Of a stretch of 64,000 bases of DNA, positions 45,724 to 55,242 are shown one piece after another. The DNA lies in the IMG/VR virus record IMGVR_UViG_3300042270_000651, positions 30,209-94,208 of that record; one strand, 5' to 3'. Below the pieces are notes generated by a model. That model saw only the letters and a list, made by a program, of their open reading frames with translations, had not been told where the DNA came from and did not search any database. A program made the position numbers and the translations under genes. The stretch's first letter is position 1. Each line of letters begins with the position of its first letter. This DNA comes from a virus. Taxonomy: Duplodnaviria; Caudoviricetes.

Positions 45724-47820
45724 TCACTCGGTGCCGAGCATCGTAAACACGGCGTACTCGCCGGGCAAGGCGTTTCCGGGGGTCGGCCGGTCCTCGGGCA
45801 TCAGGGGCTTGAGCTGGGCCAGAACCTGCTGGCCGCCCAGCACCTGTTCGATGAACTCGGGCGTGACCTGCGGGGCCACCTTGGGGTCGAGCAGGTCGGC
45901 AACCGTCTCGGCCGGCTTGGCCAGTATGTAGCCTGCGTCCTTGAGCACCTTGGCCGCGTCGCCCTTGGCCCCAACCACTACCGCGTTCTTGATCGGGTTC
46001 GCGGCCAGGGTCTTGACGAGGGCGGCATTCGTGTCCTCGGTCGGCCCGAAGGCGCCGTGCAGCAGGCGGTCCTCGTCGGCCAGGAACCCGGCCGGCGGCG
46101 TCACGTCGATCACCGCACCCTCCAGCAGCTTGGCCACCGTGGCCAGGGCCACCAGGCCGGACTTGTCGTTCAGCCAGTCGGTGCAGACGATGTGCTTGGC
46201 GCCGTCGGCGAGGGCGTTCCAGTCGTAGACCGCCGGGGTCGCGCCCGACAGCTCCAGGCACCACTGCTCGACCTGCTTGACCGCCGGGTCTTCGGAGCCG
46301 TCCACGACCGGCACGTCCCCGAGCCACAGCCGGCCGCTCTCGCCGTCCAGCGTGACCTTGGTCTGGCTGGTGAGCGTGATGCCTCCGACGTCCGCCGACC
46401 CGGCGTTCACCGCCAGGCCGGGCATTCCGGTGACGCAGGGCTTGTCCATGCCGCGTGCGACCACGGCCGCGTGGCTGGTCACCCCACCGTTGGCGGTTAG
46501 GATGCCCTCGGCCTTCTCCATCCCCGCGATGTCGTCGGGGCAGGTGTCGTGGGCGATCAGCACGCAGGGCTGCGTGCAATTGACTGCATCCTCGGCCGAG
46601 AACACCGCCACGCCCTTGGCGACGCCGACGCTGGCCGGCAGGCCGGTGGCAATCGGCGGCGTGTCCCAGGCGGGGTCGATGCGCGGGCGACGCACCAGCT
46701 TGTACTGCTCCGGGGTCAGGCGGGCCAGCGCCTCGTCCTCGACGATCAGCTTCTCCTTGACCAGATCGACTGCGATGCGGAAGGCCGCCAGGGCCGACCG
46801 CTTGCCGGTGCGGCACTGGAGCATGAACAGCTCGCCATCCTGGATCGTGAACTCCAGGTCCATCATGTCCCGGTAGTGCTCCTCCAGGCGTTCGGCCACG
46901 CCCAGGAGCTGCTCGTATTGCTCGGGCCACATGGGCTTCATCTCATCCAGCTTGAGGGGCGTGCGGATGCCCGCGACCACGTCTTCGCCCTGGGCGTTGG
47001 GCAGGAACTCGGCCATGAAGTGGCTGGCGCCCGTGGCGGGGTCGCGCGTGAACATCACGCCGGTACCGCTGGCGTCGTTCTTGTTGCCGAACACCATGGC
47101 CTGTACGTTGACCGCCGTGCCCATGTCCTCGCTGATACCGTTCATCTTGCGGTAGTGCTTGGCGCGGTCGTTGTCCCAACTCTTGAACACCGCCTCGATG
47201 GCGGCGCGCAGCTGGCCGGAGGCGTGCGGGAAGTCCCCGCCCGTCTGGTCCTTGAAGGTCAACAGGTAGTCGCCGATCAGGTTGTCCAGGTCCTGGGCGT
47301 CGAGGTCGCTGTCCAGCTCCGCCCCGGCCTTGGTCTTCCACTTGGCCAGACTGTGCTCGAACAGCTTCATGGGCACGCTGTAGGCGACCGATCCCAGCAT
47401 CTGGATCAGGCGGCGGTAGCTGTCCAGCGCCGCGCGCTCGCCGATGCGCGCCTTCCAGTCCGGCAGCGTGTTCTCGTCAAGGCCCACGTTCAGGATCGTG
47501 TCCATCATGCCCGGCATCGAGAGCGGCGCCCCTGACCGGACCGAGACCAGGGGCAGGTACCCGAACTGGCTGTGCAGCCAGGTCTTCTCCTTGCTGACGT
47601 GCCACATCAGGCTGTCCATCCAGCCCTTCTTGGCAGCGGTGGACGAGAGCTTGCGGTACTCGGCGCACATCTCTGTGGTGATCGTGAAGCCGGGCGGCAC
47701 CGGGATGCCGAGACTGGCCATTTCGGCCAGATTGGCTCCCTTGCCGCCCAGCAGGGTCTTCATGGTGCCGTCCCCGTCAGACCCGTCCTTGGAGAACCGG
47801 TAGATCGGCTTCTTTTCCAT
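45724..47820 (-). CDS. Pyruvate phosphate dikinase-like protein lacking the PEP/pyruvate-binding barrel
   Basis: LLGGKGANLAEM, VSVRSGA, SMPGMMDTILN, NAQGEDVVAG, phospho-His GGVTSHAAVVARG; only 698 aa with an unrelated C-terminus. Confidence 0.9.
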   Translation of the reverse strand: MEKKPIYRFSKDGSDGDGTMKTLLGGKGANLAEMASLGIPVPPGFTITTEMCAEYRKLSSTAAKKGWMDSLMWHVSKEKTWLHSQFGYLPLVSVRSGAPLSMPGMMDTILNVGLDENTLPDWKARIGERAALDSYRRLIQMLGSVAYSVPMKLFEHSLAKWKTKAGAELDSDLDAQDLDNLIGDYLLTFKDQTGGDFPHASGQLRAAIEAVFKSWDNDRAKHYRKMNGISEDMGTAVNVQAMVFGNKNDASGTGVMFTRDPATGASHFMAEFLPNAQGEDVVAGIRTPLKLDEMKPMWPEQYEQLLGVAERLEEHYRDMMDLEFTIQDGELFMLQCRTGKRSALAAFRIAVDLVKEKLIVEDEALARLTPEQYKLVRRPRIDPAWDTPPIATGLPASVGVAKGVAVFSAEDAVNCTQPCVLIAHDTCPDDIAGMEKAEGILTANGGVTSHAAVVARGMDKPCVTGMPGLAVNAGSADVGGITLTSQTKVTLDGESGRLWLGDVPVVDGSEDPAVKQVEQWCLELSGATPAVYDWNALADGAKHIVCTDWLNDKSGLVALATVAKLLEGAVIDVTPPAGFLADEDRLLHGAFGPTEDTNAALVKTLAANPIKNAVVVGAKGDAAKVLKDAGYILAKPAETVADLLDPKVAPQVTPEFIEQVLGGQQVLAQLKPLMPEDRPTPGNALPGEYAVFTMLGTE

Positions 47821-47860
47821 TGTCTGCCCTCCTTGGCAAGTAATGGGTTGCTGTACGTTC

Positions 47861-47889
47861 AGTATCGTTCAGTGGGTCTTTGCAGGCAA
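47861..47889 (-). promoter_or_regulatory. Sigma70-like promoter (TTGCCT family)
   Basis: TTGCCT-N17-GATACT upstream of the PPDK-like gene. Confidence 0.5.
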
Positions 47890-48363
47890 AGGGTTAGTCG
47901 TCTGGGACAGGCCGCCGAAACGACCAAGAAGTCGTCCGCGCATCAGCATCCGGTCGGCCCGTGACTTGGTCTCCCGCGCGTTGTACCGCCAGGTCAGGTC
48001 CTCCTTGGCCTCCTCCAGCAGGGTCAGTCCCACCAGGACCGGCTGGCACTGCACGTCGGCCAGCAGCCCTTCGTCGGCGCACATGGTCGCCAGGTAGGAC
48101 GTGGCCAGCAGGACCTCGATGGCCGTCGCCCCGTTCAGGGTGTCGAGCAGGGCCTTGCCGGCGCTGTCCACGCTCAGGCTCAGGACCACCCGCTCGTCCG
48201 GGCTCACCCGCCCCATCGGGCGCATGGCGGCGGACCGCATCGCCTTCACCAGGTCCTCGCGCAGGTCCCAACCCGCCTTCCGCACCCCTTGCAGGGCCTT
48301 GAGCATGACGAACGCCAGCGCGGCCTCGTCGATGGCGGTGTCCAGGGTGCTCCGAGCCTCCAT
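47869..48363 (-). CDS. Hypothetical protein
   Basis: 164 aa with GAGGAGG SD. Confidence 0.6.
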   Translation of the reverse strand: MEARSTLDTAIDEAALAFVMLKALQGVRKAGWDLREDLVKAMRSAAMRPMGRVSPDERVVLSLSVDSAGKALLDTLNGATAIEVLLATSYLATMCADEGLLADVQCQPVLVGLTLLEEAKEDLTWRYNARETKSRADRMLMRGRLLGRFGGLSQTTNPLPAKTH

Positions 48364-48381
48364 GCTCTCCTCCTCGTGAAA

Positions 48382-48558
48382 TCAATTGCAGGGCGTTGCG
48401 CCCAGGTCCGTGGCCAGGTCACTCGTCCACGGCGCATCGTCGATCACCTCGACCACATGCGCCTTCACGTCATGCCGGAACCGAACGTTAGCGCGGTCGA
48501 GGTCCAGCACGAACGTGCTCTCGTTGGTGTCGGACCAGAACTTCCACCGTCGTCCCAT
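48382..48558 (-). CDS. Small hypothetical protein
   Basis: MGRRWKFWSD...; TGATG-coupled to TerL. Confidence 0.5.
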   Translation of the reverse strand: MGRRWKFWSDTNESTFVLDLDRANVRFRHDVKAHVVEVIDDAPWTSDLATDLGATPCN

Positions 48559-51386
48559 CACGCCTCCTGCGACTCCTTGTCCTCGATGCTGCGCTTGTGC
48601 ACCTGCGGGTTCCTGACCGACTCCGGGATATGCAGCATGGGCACCTTGTGTCGCACCCAAATCTCGCGGCGGCGGGTCAGGCCGTAGATCACGCCGGCCA
48701 TGGCGTCCGAGCAGTCCTTGGAGAACTTGGGCGGGTGGTCGATCTTGTTGTTCTGCGGGTCACGCTCAAGCCGCACCCACTCCTGCATGGCCTTCTCGTG
48801 GTCGGGTGCGTCGACACGGTCGTCGTAGAACGCCTGCTTGCCCATGTCGTAGGGCTGCGTGCTTGTGTCCATGGACTGCAGCCCGGTGATGAAGCCGCGC
48901 TGGGCCAGCAGCTGGATCGTGTCGGTGGACTGGTAGCTGTCGAGCGTCACCCACTTGATGTTCATACCCATCTCGCGCAGGCGGTAGAGCACCGAACGGA
49001 CCTTCTCGAACTCGATCTCGCCTTGCCGGGGCGGTGCGATCTCCAGGACCAGATCGAAGTAGATGCGGGGCAGTATTTCGACTTCCTTCTCGCCGCGCAC
49101 CAGCTGCTCGAACCCGGTGACGTGGCCGATGGCCAGGCCGCAGCTGTCGCCCGAGATGGCCAAGTCGAGGTGGGCGAAGCGGGGCTCGTCCGGGTTGATG
49201 ATCCGCTTCGGGAAAATCTGCAGCTTCGTGTCCTTGAAGTCGACCCGGTCGCGGCCGGCGATGCCTTTCGCGCGCCCGAACGACCGAACCACCGACTCGC
49301 TGTTCAGGATGAACGGGTGCAGGGCCAGGGTCGAGACGCCAGCGATGTCGCGCAAGGCCGACAGCATGTCGCGCTCGAACTCGGACCGGTACTCGTCGGG
49401 CACCTGCATGATCAAGTGGCGGTCCTCGGCGGTGACCTCCTCGTCGTCGCCCAGCAGACGCGGCTTGCGGGTGACGTCGCCGACGAACAGGTTGAACCAC
49501 TCGCCGGAGAACGTCCCCTCGGGCTTCACGTCCCAGACGCGCTTATCGTAGATGAAGATGGTCTTGTCGCGCTGGGCTTCTTCCATCTTGCGGTCGGTGA
49601 ACTCTCCGGGGTACCGCTTCGACGACACCAGACAGAGCATACCCGGCAGCTTGCCGCCCGCCATGAAGCGCGACTTACGGCGCCGGACGATGCCGTTGTA
49701 CATCTCGTTGGCCTGGTCGAAGGTCCCGCCGTCGGACGACGACTTGGACTTCTCGATCACGGCCATGAAGTTGACCTCGTCGATGACGCCGCCGAAGACG
49801 TTCTGGCCGATGGCCGCGTTCACGTCGCCCGACAGAGGCATGACGATCACGCGGTTCGGGAAGTTGAGCTGGCTGGAGATGCCCCGGTCGTAGCGGTAGA
49901 CGTTCTGGAAGTACGGCGAGCTGTCCAGCATCGACTTGAAGCGCATGAAGTCGATGCCCTTGGCCGCCTCCTTCTTCAGCGACTGGAAGATGAACACGAT
50001 CTCCGAGGACGGAGCCAACCCGAACTCCCGGTGCGGGTTCTTGAGGCAGGACAGTAGGTACAGGTGGTAGGCGATGACGATGAGCGCGGCGGTGGTCTTG
50101 CCGGTGTTGCCCGTGATCGCCACGCGCCCATTGCGACGCATGACCCAGAAGGTCTTCGGCACCGAGAAGCAATACTTGTAGCCGTCCGGCGACGGGATCG
50201 TCTCGATGGGCGTCTTGGGCACCCCTTGGAGGGACACCTCCGTGTTCGTGCTCAGGGTCAGCGTGTAGCAGGTGGCCTGCTCAGGCCGCCGGTCGACACC
50301 CACCGTGCTGCGGAGGCCAAGGACACACGCCGCGTACTGCAGGAAGTCCACCGTGGCCTTGTCGGTCGAGAAGAGCTGCCTTCGGTTGTCTGACCGGGCG
50401 TCCCACATCAAGGCTTCGGACAGGATCACGTCGCATTGCTCGCGTGACGCACCCCAGAACACACCCATGGACTTTTCGCGCAACGGAGCCTGGAAGTAGA
50501 ACCGGACACCGCCTCCAGGTCGCGGCGTCTCCGTCCACTCGGCCCCGGCCGAGGCGAGGAGCTGACGAGCCCGCACAATTTTGTCCTTGCGCTTGACAGC
50601 CACGAGGCACGCCCGGCCTGGGCGGTCCTTGTTGAAGCTGCCGTCGGCCATGGCCATGACCTGGACCCGCAGTTCGTCGTCCGACAGGTCGAGGCCGGAG
50701 CCGTCCATCTCGAACGTCGTCAGCAATTTGCCGTGGAAGCCCTTGGCGAGACGGCCGTGCTCCTTGACCAGTTCGTCTGCCACGATGACTTTCAGGGCAC
50801 CACTACGGTCCCGGTACAGGACCCGGTGCTCCGGCGAGAGGGCCTGGTCGATGCCGTACTTCGTTCGCAAGTGGTAAAACTGATTGCACTCCAGGCGCAC
50901 CCAGTCTTCCGGCTCCACGAACTCGGCCTGGCCTGTCTCGGGGTCGTACTGCGCGACCGCCCCACCATCGTAGTCGGCGATACGTCGCCATCCGGTCGGG
51001 GACAGGTACTCCGTGTCGGCGTCGACGCAGCCAATACCGCCGGTCCACACGCTCTCGACGTAGTCGCCGAAGCACAGATCGGCGATCTCGTCCATGATCT
51101 TGGGGTAGACCTCCGTGCCCATGTTGAGCATTTCGGGCGAGCGGATGAAGGTCACCACGTCGACCGGCGGGCGGTGGTACTTCACCGCCTCGGTCCCGGC
51201 AAACCGCCGCATGTACTTCAGGCCGTGGAGGCAGTGCGCGAGCACCCCCTCCAGGCCCTGGTCCTCCTCGACCGTCTTGGCGGCCTGCCACACGATGCGC
51301 CCGCTGTCCCCGAACTGCCGCAGCAGCTGGAACGCCATGCGCAGGCGCTCGGCCGTGGCCTTCTTATTGGAGATGCTGACACTCAC
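48558..51386 (-). CDS. terL: Terminase large subunit with intein
   Basis: Spliced Walker A GGIG-TGKT; GGVIDEVNF; nuclease HLDLAISGDS...VTLDSYQS...KIDHPP...KDCSDA. Confidence 0.9.
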   Translation of the reverse strand: MSVSISNKKATAERLRMAFQLLRQFGDSGRIVWQAAKTVEEDQGLEGVLAHCLHGLKYMRRFAGTEAVKYHRPPVDVVTFIRSPEMLNMGTEVYPKIMDEIADLCFGDYVESVWTGGIGCVDADTEYLSPTGWRRIADYDGGAVAQYDPETGQAEFVEPEDWVRLECNQFYHLRTKYGIDQALSPEHRVLYRDRSGALKVIVADELVKEHGRLAKGFHGKLLTTFEMDGSGLDLSDDELRVQVMAMADGSFNKDRPGRACLVAVKRKDKIVRARQLLASAGAEWTETPRPGGGVRFYFQAPLREKSMGVFWGASREQCDVILSEALMWDARSDNRRQLFSTDKATVDFLQYAACVLGLRSTVGVDRRPEQATCYTLTLSTNTEVSLQGVPKTPIETIPSPDGYKYCFSVPKTFWVMRRNGRVAITGNTGKTTAALIVIAYHLYLLSCLKNPHREFGLAPSSEIVFIFQSLKKEAAKGIDFMRFKSMLDSSPYFQNVYRYDRGISSQLNFPNRVIVMPLSGDVNAAIGQNVFGGVIDEVNFMAVIEKSKSSSDGGTFDQANEMYNGIVRRRKSRFMAGGKLPGMLCLVSSKRYPGEFTDRKMEEAQRDKTIFIYDKRVWDVKPEGTFSGEWFNLFVGDVTRKPRLLGDDEEVTAEDRHLIMQVPDEYRSEFERDMLSALRDIAGVSTLALHPFILNSESVVRSFGRAKGIAGRDRVDFKDTKLQIFPKRIINPDEPRFAHLDLAISGDSCGLAIGHVTGFEQLVRGEKEVEILPRIYFDLVLEIAPPRQGEIEFEKVRSVLYRLREMGMNIKWVTLDSYQSTDTIQLLAQRGFITGLQSMDTSTQPYDMGKQAFYDDRVDAPDHEKAMQEWVRLERDPQNNKIDHPPKFSKDCSDAMAGVIYGLTRRREIWVRHKVPMLHIPESVRNPQVHKRSIEDKESQEA
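50106..51029 (-). mobile_element. Intein (308 aa) in the TerL Walker A motif
   Basis: G|CVDADTEYL...SPEHRV...MAMADGS...RRNGRVAITGN|TGKT. Confidence 0.9.
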
Positions 51387-51936
51387 CGTCGATCACCTCC
51401 AGCAGCTTGTCGTGTTCCTCGGACCAGCTGAACTCCGTCGTGTGGCCCGCCGGGTCGGTCATGGTGCCCATGACGTGCTTGGGCGCGCGGCGCAGGATGC
51501 CGGTCTCCAGTTGCAGGGTGGCGAGCTGGCCCAGGAGGCCCTGGAACAGGCGGGCCTCCTCAGAGACCTGCTTCATCAGGAGCGGGCCCTGCTCCTCGCG
51601 GTGCAGAACCTTCTGGAAGCGCCGCTTCTGGACGATGGCCAACTCCTCCAGCTCCTCCATGACGTTCATCCGCTTGAGCAGGCCGGACGTGGTCTTGCCC
51701 ACCGCGCTCTCGACGATGGACTCGGTCATCTCCTCGCGGATGCGCTTGCGGAAGCGTTCCAGGGTCTTCTTCAGGCTGTCGGCCTTGATGTCGGTGATCT
51801 CGCCCCAGTCCTCCTGGATCAGAGCGACGAGCTTGAGCACGCTGTCGCCGCGCTGCAGGCGGTCGCGCAGTTCGGTCACGCGCTCATCGCCCAGCGCCGC
51901 AATGCGCGGCGGCACGGTTTCCTTGGGGCGAGGCAC
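51364..51936 (-). CDS. Putative terminase small subunit
   Basis: Helical 190 aa protein overlapping the TerL start. Confidence 0.55.
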   Translation of the reverse strand: MPRPKETVPPRIAALGDERVTELRDRLQRGDSVLKLVALIQEDWGEITDIKADSLKKTLERFRKRIREEMTESIVESAVGKTTSGLLKRMNVMEELEELAIVQKRRFQKVLHREEQGPLLMKQVSEEARLFQGLLGQLATLQLETGILRRAPKHVMGTMTDPAGHTTEFSWSEEHDKLLEVIDGECQHLQ

Positions 51937-51937
51937 G

Positions 51938-52861
51938 TCACACCTCCGTGGCTGTCTTGATGTTGTCCTTGGTCGGCGTCACACCCAGGCCCTTGGGCAC
52001 CTCGACCTCGGGCGTCGACGCGATGATCTTGTCCACCACGTCCTTCAGCTCGCCCTTTGCAATCAATTTCACGACCCCGCCGAGCACGTCGTCGAGGGTG
52101 CGCTGCTGCTCGATGCACATGGTCCCGACCAGCCGGCAGGCGTCCATGGTCTTCTTGTCCACCTGGACCCAGATGCTGTCTTGACCGCCGTAGTCGACCA
52201 CCATGTAACCGTAGGGCAGCGTGTCGCCGTACTTGGTGAACATCTCGTTCAGGAGCTTGGCGAGGCCGTCGATGGTCTTGATCTCGCGGGCCGCCTCCTT
52301 GAACTTCTGCTGCATCCCCTTGTCGGGCAGATGCTTGGAGGTCTGCTCGATCAGCTTCTTGAACTCGGCCTCCTCGGCGAAACCGAAGGCGTCCTGCAGC
52401 ACGTCGTCGGCGTACTTGCCCGACATTTCGCTGTAGAGGTCGAAGAACGCCTGCGGGTCCATCTTGCCCTTGATGACGTTCATGCGGACGAGCTGGAAAT
52501 TCTCGGCCTCGTCGTCGAAGCCCTCATCCATGATGACCGTGACCGGGACCATCTCGAAGCCCAGGTAGACGGCCGCGTCGAAGCGGTGGTGGCCGCCGAC
52601 GATGCGGAACTTCAGGCCGTGGGCCGAGACCGACGACTCGATTTCCGCCGGGGTCGGGTCGTCTTCCGCCACGGCGGCGAAGGTGTCGTAATCGAGCGGA
52701 CGCACGAGGATCGGGTCCGTGATGCCCGTCTGCTCCAGGTTGTCGCAGAGCAGGTCGAACTCGCGCGGTTTCATCTTGTTGGGGTTGCGCTCGTTCTTTT
52801 CCAGGGCCGTGACCGGAAGGTCGCAGCGAACGAGCGCCTGGGTCTTGTCGAGAGCCGACAT
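51938..52861 (-). CDS. ParB/Srx N-terminal-domain protein
   Basis: NERNPNKM...GITDPILVRP...RIVGGHHRFDAA. Confidence 0.85.
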   Translation of the reverse strand: MSALDKTQALVRCDLPVTALEKNERNPNKMKPREFDLLCDNLEQTGITDPILVRPLDYDTFAAVAEDDPTPAEIESSVSAHGLKFRIVGGHHRFDAAVYLGFEMVPVTVIMDEGFDDEAENFQLVRMNVIKGKMDPQAFFDLYSEMSGKYADDVLQDAFGFAEEAEFKKLIEQTSKHLPDKGMQQKFKEAAREIKTIDGLAKLLNEMFTKYGDTLPYGYMVVDYGGQDSIWVQVDKKTMDACRLVGTMCIEQQRTLDDVLGGVVKLIAKGELKDVVDKIIASTPEVEVPKGLGVTPTKDNIKTATEV

Positions 52862-53002
52862 TCCAAGCCTCCAGCGGGGTTTCTGTCCTCCATGACCAAC
52901 CCGCCCTCTCGGGGCCGCGTCTGCGGGGCTGGTGAGTGCGGAGTGTTGCAGTGCCGCTGCAGGGCGTCAATCAACGTGTCCCGAGGGACACCAAAACCTG
53001 TC

Positions 53003-54031
53003 TCACCCCTGGTCCACGGCCAGGTCTAGGACCCGCTCGTAGAACCGGGCGACGGGGTACTCCTCCTGAATGCGCGGGGCGGCGACCTCCAGCATGTACT
53101 TCCGGGTCGCGTCCCAGTCCTGGCGCAGCGCCGCCATGGTCTCGGCCAGCTCGGCCTTGGGCACGATGTAGGGGTACCAGGGCAGGAGCTGCCTAATCCA
53201 CGGAGCGTCGAGGAAAACACCGCACACGCCCGACGCCAGAAGCTCCAGGTAGTACGTGCCGAAGCTCTCCCCGCGCGAGGTCGACAGGAACATGCCGTAG
53301 GTGCGGGCGTTCTCCACGAAGGTCGCGCGGTCCTTGGGCTGCTCGAAGAAGCGGTAGACGTTCGGCCGCAGGAACTTCTCCTTGCCTCCCGGCCCCCAGA
53401 CCTTGGCCGGCACATGGAAGAAGTCGCACACCGGGTCGAACCCCTTGGCGCGAGCCCAGACCAGGTACTTCTCGGTCTCCTCCGAGTGCAGGCGCACGTC
53501 CTTCTCGGTCTGGGCGACCCGGTTGTACGGCACGATCAGCCGGTCGGGGTCGTTGTCGCCGGGCCGGAAGCAGTCCTCGATGCCGTACTTCACCAAGTGA
53601 AGTTGATTGCACAGCTTGCGCACGACGGCGGGAGCGAAGGCTTTCTTGGCGTCCCGCATGATGCCGTCGTGTGTGTGCTGCGAGGTCGAGACGTGGGCCA
53701 TCTCGATGCCCGAGACCTTGGGCTCCAGGAACAGGCTCAGGTACGCCATCTTCTTGGGCCAGCTGAACCCGTCCCAATGCCCGGCCATCACCGAAACGAT
53801 CTTGGTCGGGCGGACCCAGCGCAGGTTGTCGAAGGTCTTGAGCAGGGCGTAGAACACCTCGGGCTCCGCCAGGACGAGGACCGGCGAGCCGTTGAAGGCC
53901 GGCGCCGGGGTCGACTTCATGGTGACGTCGAAACCACGGCCCGTGGCCTCGGCCGCAACCTGGTCGGCCAAAATCTTGAGGCTGAACCCTTCCTGGGACT
54001 CGCTGATCAACACTCCAAGCGCGGAACCCAT
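53003..54031 (-). CDS. GT-B (GT4-like) glycosyltransferase
   Basis: FLSTSRGESFGTYYLELLASG (E-x7-E motif). Confidence 0.7.
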   Translation of the reverse strand: MGSALGVLISESQEGFSLKILADQVAAEATGRGFDVTMKSTPAPAFNGSPVLVLAEPEVFYALLKTFDNLRWVRPTKIVSVMAGHWDGFSWPKKMAYLSLFLEPKVSGIEMAHVSTSQHTHDGIMRDAKKAFAPAVVRKLCNQLHLVKYGIEDCFRPGDNDPDRLIVPYNRVAQTEKDVRLHSEETEKYLVWARAKGFDPVCDFFHVPAKVWGPGGKEKFLRPNVYRFFEQPKDRATFVENARTYGMFLSTSRGESFGTYYLELLASGVCGVFLDAPWIRQLLPWYPYIVPKAELAETMAALRQDWDATRKYMLEVAAPRIQEEYPVARFYERVLDLAVDQG

Positions 54032-54042
54032 GTGACCTCCTG

Positions 54043-55224
54043 TCAGTTCTTGAATACCTTCACCCTGGCCTCGTGCAAGGCGTCGAGGTGCTGGCGCAGC
54101 ATATCCACCGCCGGCACCACCCACTCGCGGGCCAGGGGCGACCAATAGCACACATTCGCCGCCCACGAGCCGTAGCGCGTCTCGTTCGTGATCTTGTGGT
54201 GCAGGCGCACGTCAAGCAGCTCCGTCTCGGCGCGGAACAGCAGCTCGACGATGGTGTCCTTGACGTCCTTGGCCTCGATGCCGTGGTCCATCAGCCACTC
54301 CCGCACCGGCTGGCACGCCTTGGCGAAGTAGGCGATGGCGCGCTTGCCCTGGTGGTTGTGCAGGTCGAACGTGTACGAGGGGTACGGCCCGATCTTGGGC
54401 AGATCCACCATCTCGTCGTTGATGGGCGTGGGCGCCCCCGTGGCGTTCATGCTCTCGATGGAGAACGGCAGGGCCAGAGCCATCGGCCCCGCCTTGTTGC
54501 GCGCCCAGGTCACCAGGGCGAGGTCGTCGTCCGACAGCCCCATGGCGGTGCACAGGCTCTGCACGTCGCCGAACGAGCCCGGCCGCTTCGGGAAGCACTC
54601 GCCCGTCCAATAGTCGGTCCCGGCCAGGTAGCGCATGGCGATCATGCGGTGGCCCACCGGCTCCCCCTTCCAGGCCGCGATCTCGAACAGCTCGTCCCTG
54701 GACAGCTTGGCGTAGGCTTCGCGCACCGGCTTCAGCTCGGGGTCGATGTCGGTCCAGACCTCCAGGTCGCAGGCCACCCGGCACTTGGCCGAATGGGCCA
54801 GTTCCTCCGTCAGCATCATGGCCAGCTCGGCGTTGCCGTGGTTCATGCGCCACTTGGTCTTGCCGCACACCCAGATCACGTCCGTCACCAGGGGCAGATT
54901 GGCTACCCCCACGTCCTCGAACGCCACGGCCGGCATCCGCCGCCACGCATAGTCCGGGTCGGCGAGGACTAGGCCGTAGACCATCTTGCGCGCCGTCTCG
55001 GCGTCGCCCCGCCGGATCGCCTTCTGCCAGGCACTGGACATGAGCCACTTGCGGCTCTTGTGGCTGACCCGCACACGGGGCTTCTCGCATTCGTAAGAAG
55101 AAAGTCTGGCCTCCAGCCGTTCTTCAACAGCGGAGGCCAGGTCCTGTCCGATCTTCAGCGCCAGTTGCTTTCCCACTTTAACGTCCTTGTCTTGGGATTT
55201 TGTTGTATCGGTATCGTGCAACAT
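54043..55224 (-). CDS. Protein resembling the MgsA/RarA C-terminal domain, without an ATPase
   Basis: SAWQKAIRRGD...WRRMPAVAFEDVG resembles MgsA SALHKSxRGSD...RRLxxxASEDIG. Confidence 0.6.
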   Translation of the reverse strand: MLHDTDTTKSQDKDVKVGKQLALKIGQDLASAVEERLEARLSSYECEKPRVRVSHKSRKWLMSSAWQKAIRRGDAETARKMVYGLVLADPDYAWRRMPAVAFEDVGVANLPLVTDVIWVCGKTKWRMNHGNAELAMMLTEELAHSAKCRVACDLEVWTDIDPELKPVREAYAKLSRDELFEIAAWKGEPVGHRMIAMRYLAGTDYWTGECFPKRPGSFGDVQSLCTAMGLSDDDLALVTWARNKAGPMALALPFSIESMNATGAPTPINDEMVDLPKIGPYPSYTFDLHNHQGKRAIAYFAKACQPVREWLMDHGIEAKDVKDTIVELLFRAETELLDVRLHHKITNETRYGSWAANVCYWSPLAREWVVPAVDMLRQHLDALHEARVKVFKN

Positions 55225-55242
55225 GGAGCCTTTACTTGCAAA

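Noticed and set aside
45395-46930. 511-aa ORF overlapping the PPDK-like gene
   Set aside because: Only the last 102 codons (from ATG 45703, with an SD) look real; the rest is an out-of-frame overlap.
45724-47820. Annotation as a canonical ppdK metabolic gene
   Set aside because: The PEP/pyruvate-binding C-terminal barrel is not recognisable and the protein is too short.
51938-52861. Plasmid-prophage parABS partition system
   Set aside because: There is no parA nearby; the context is terminase and modification genes.
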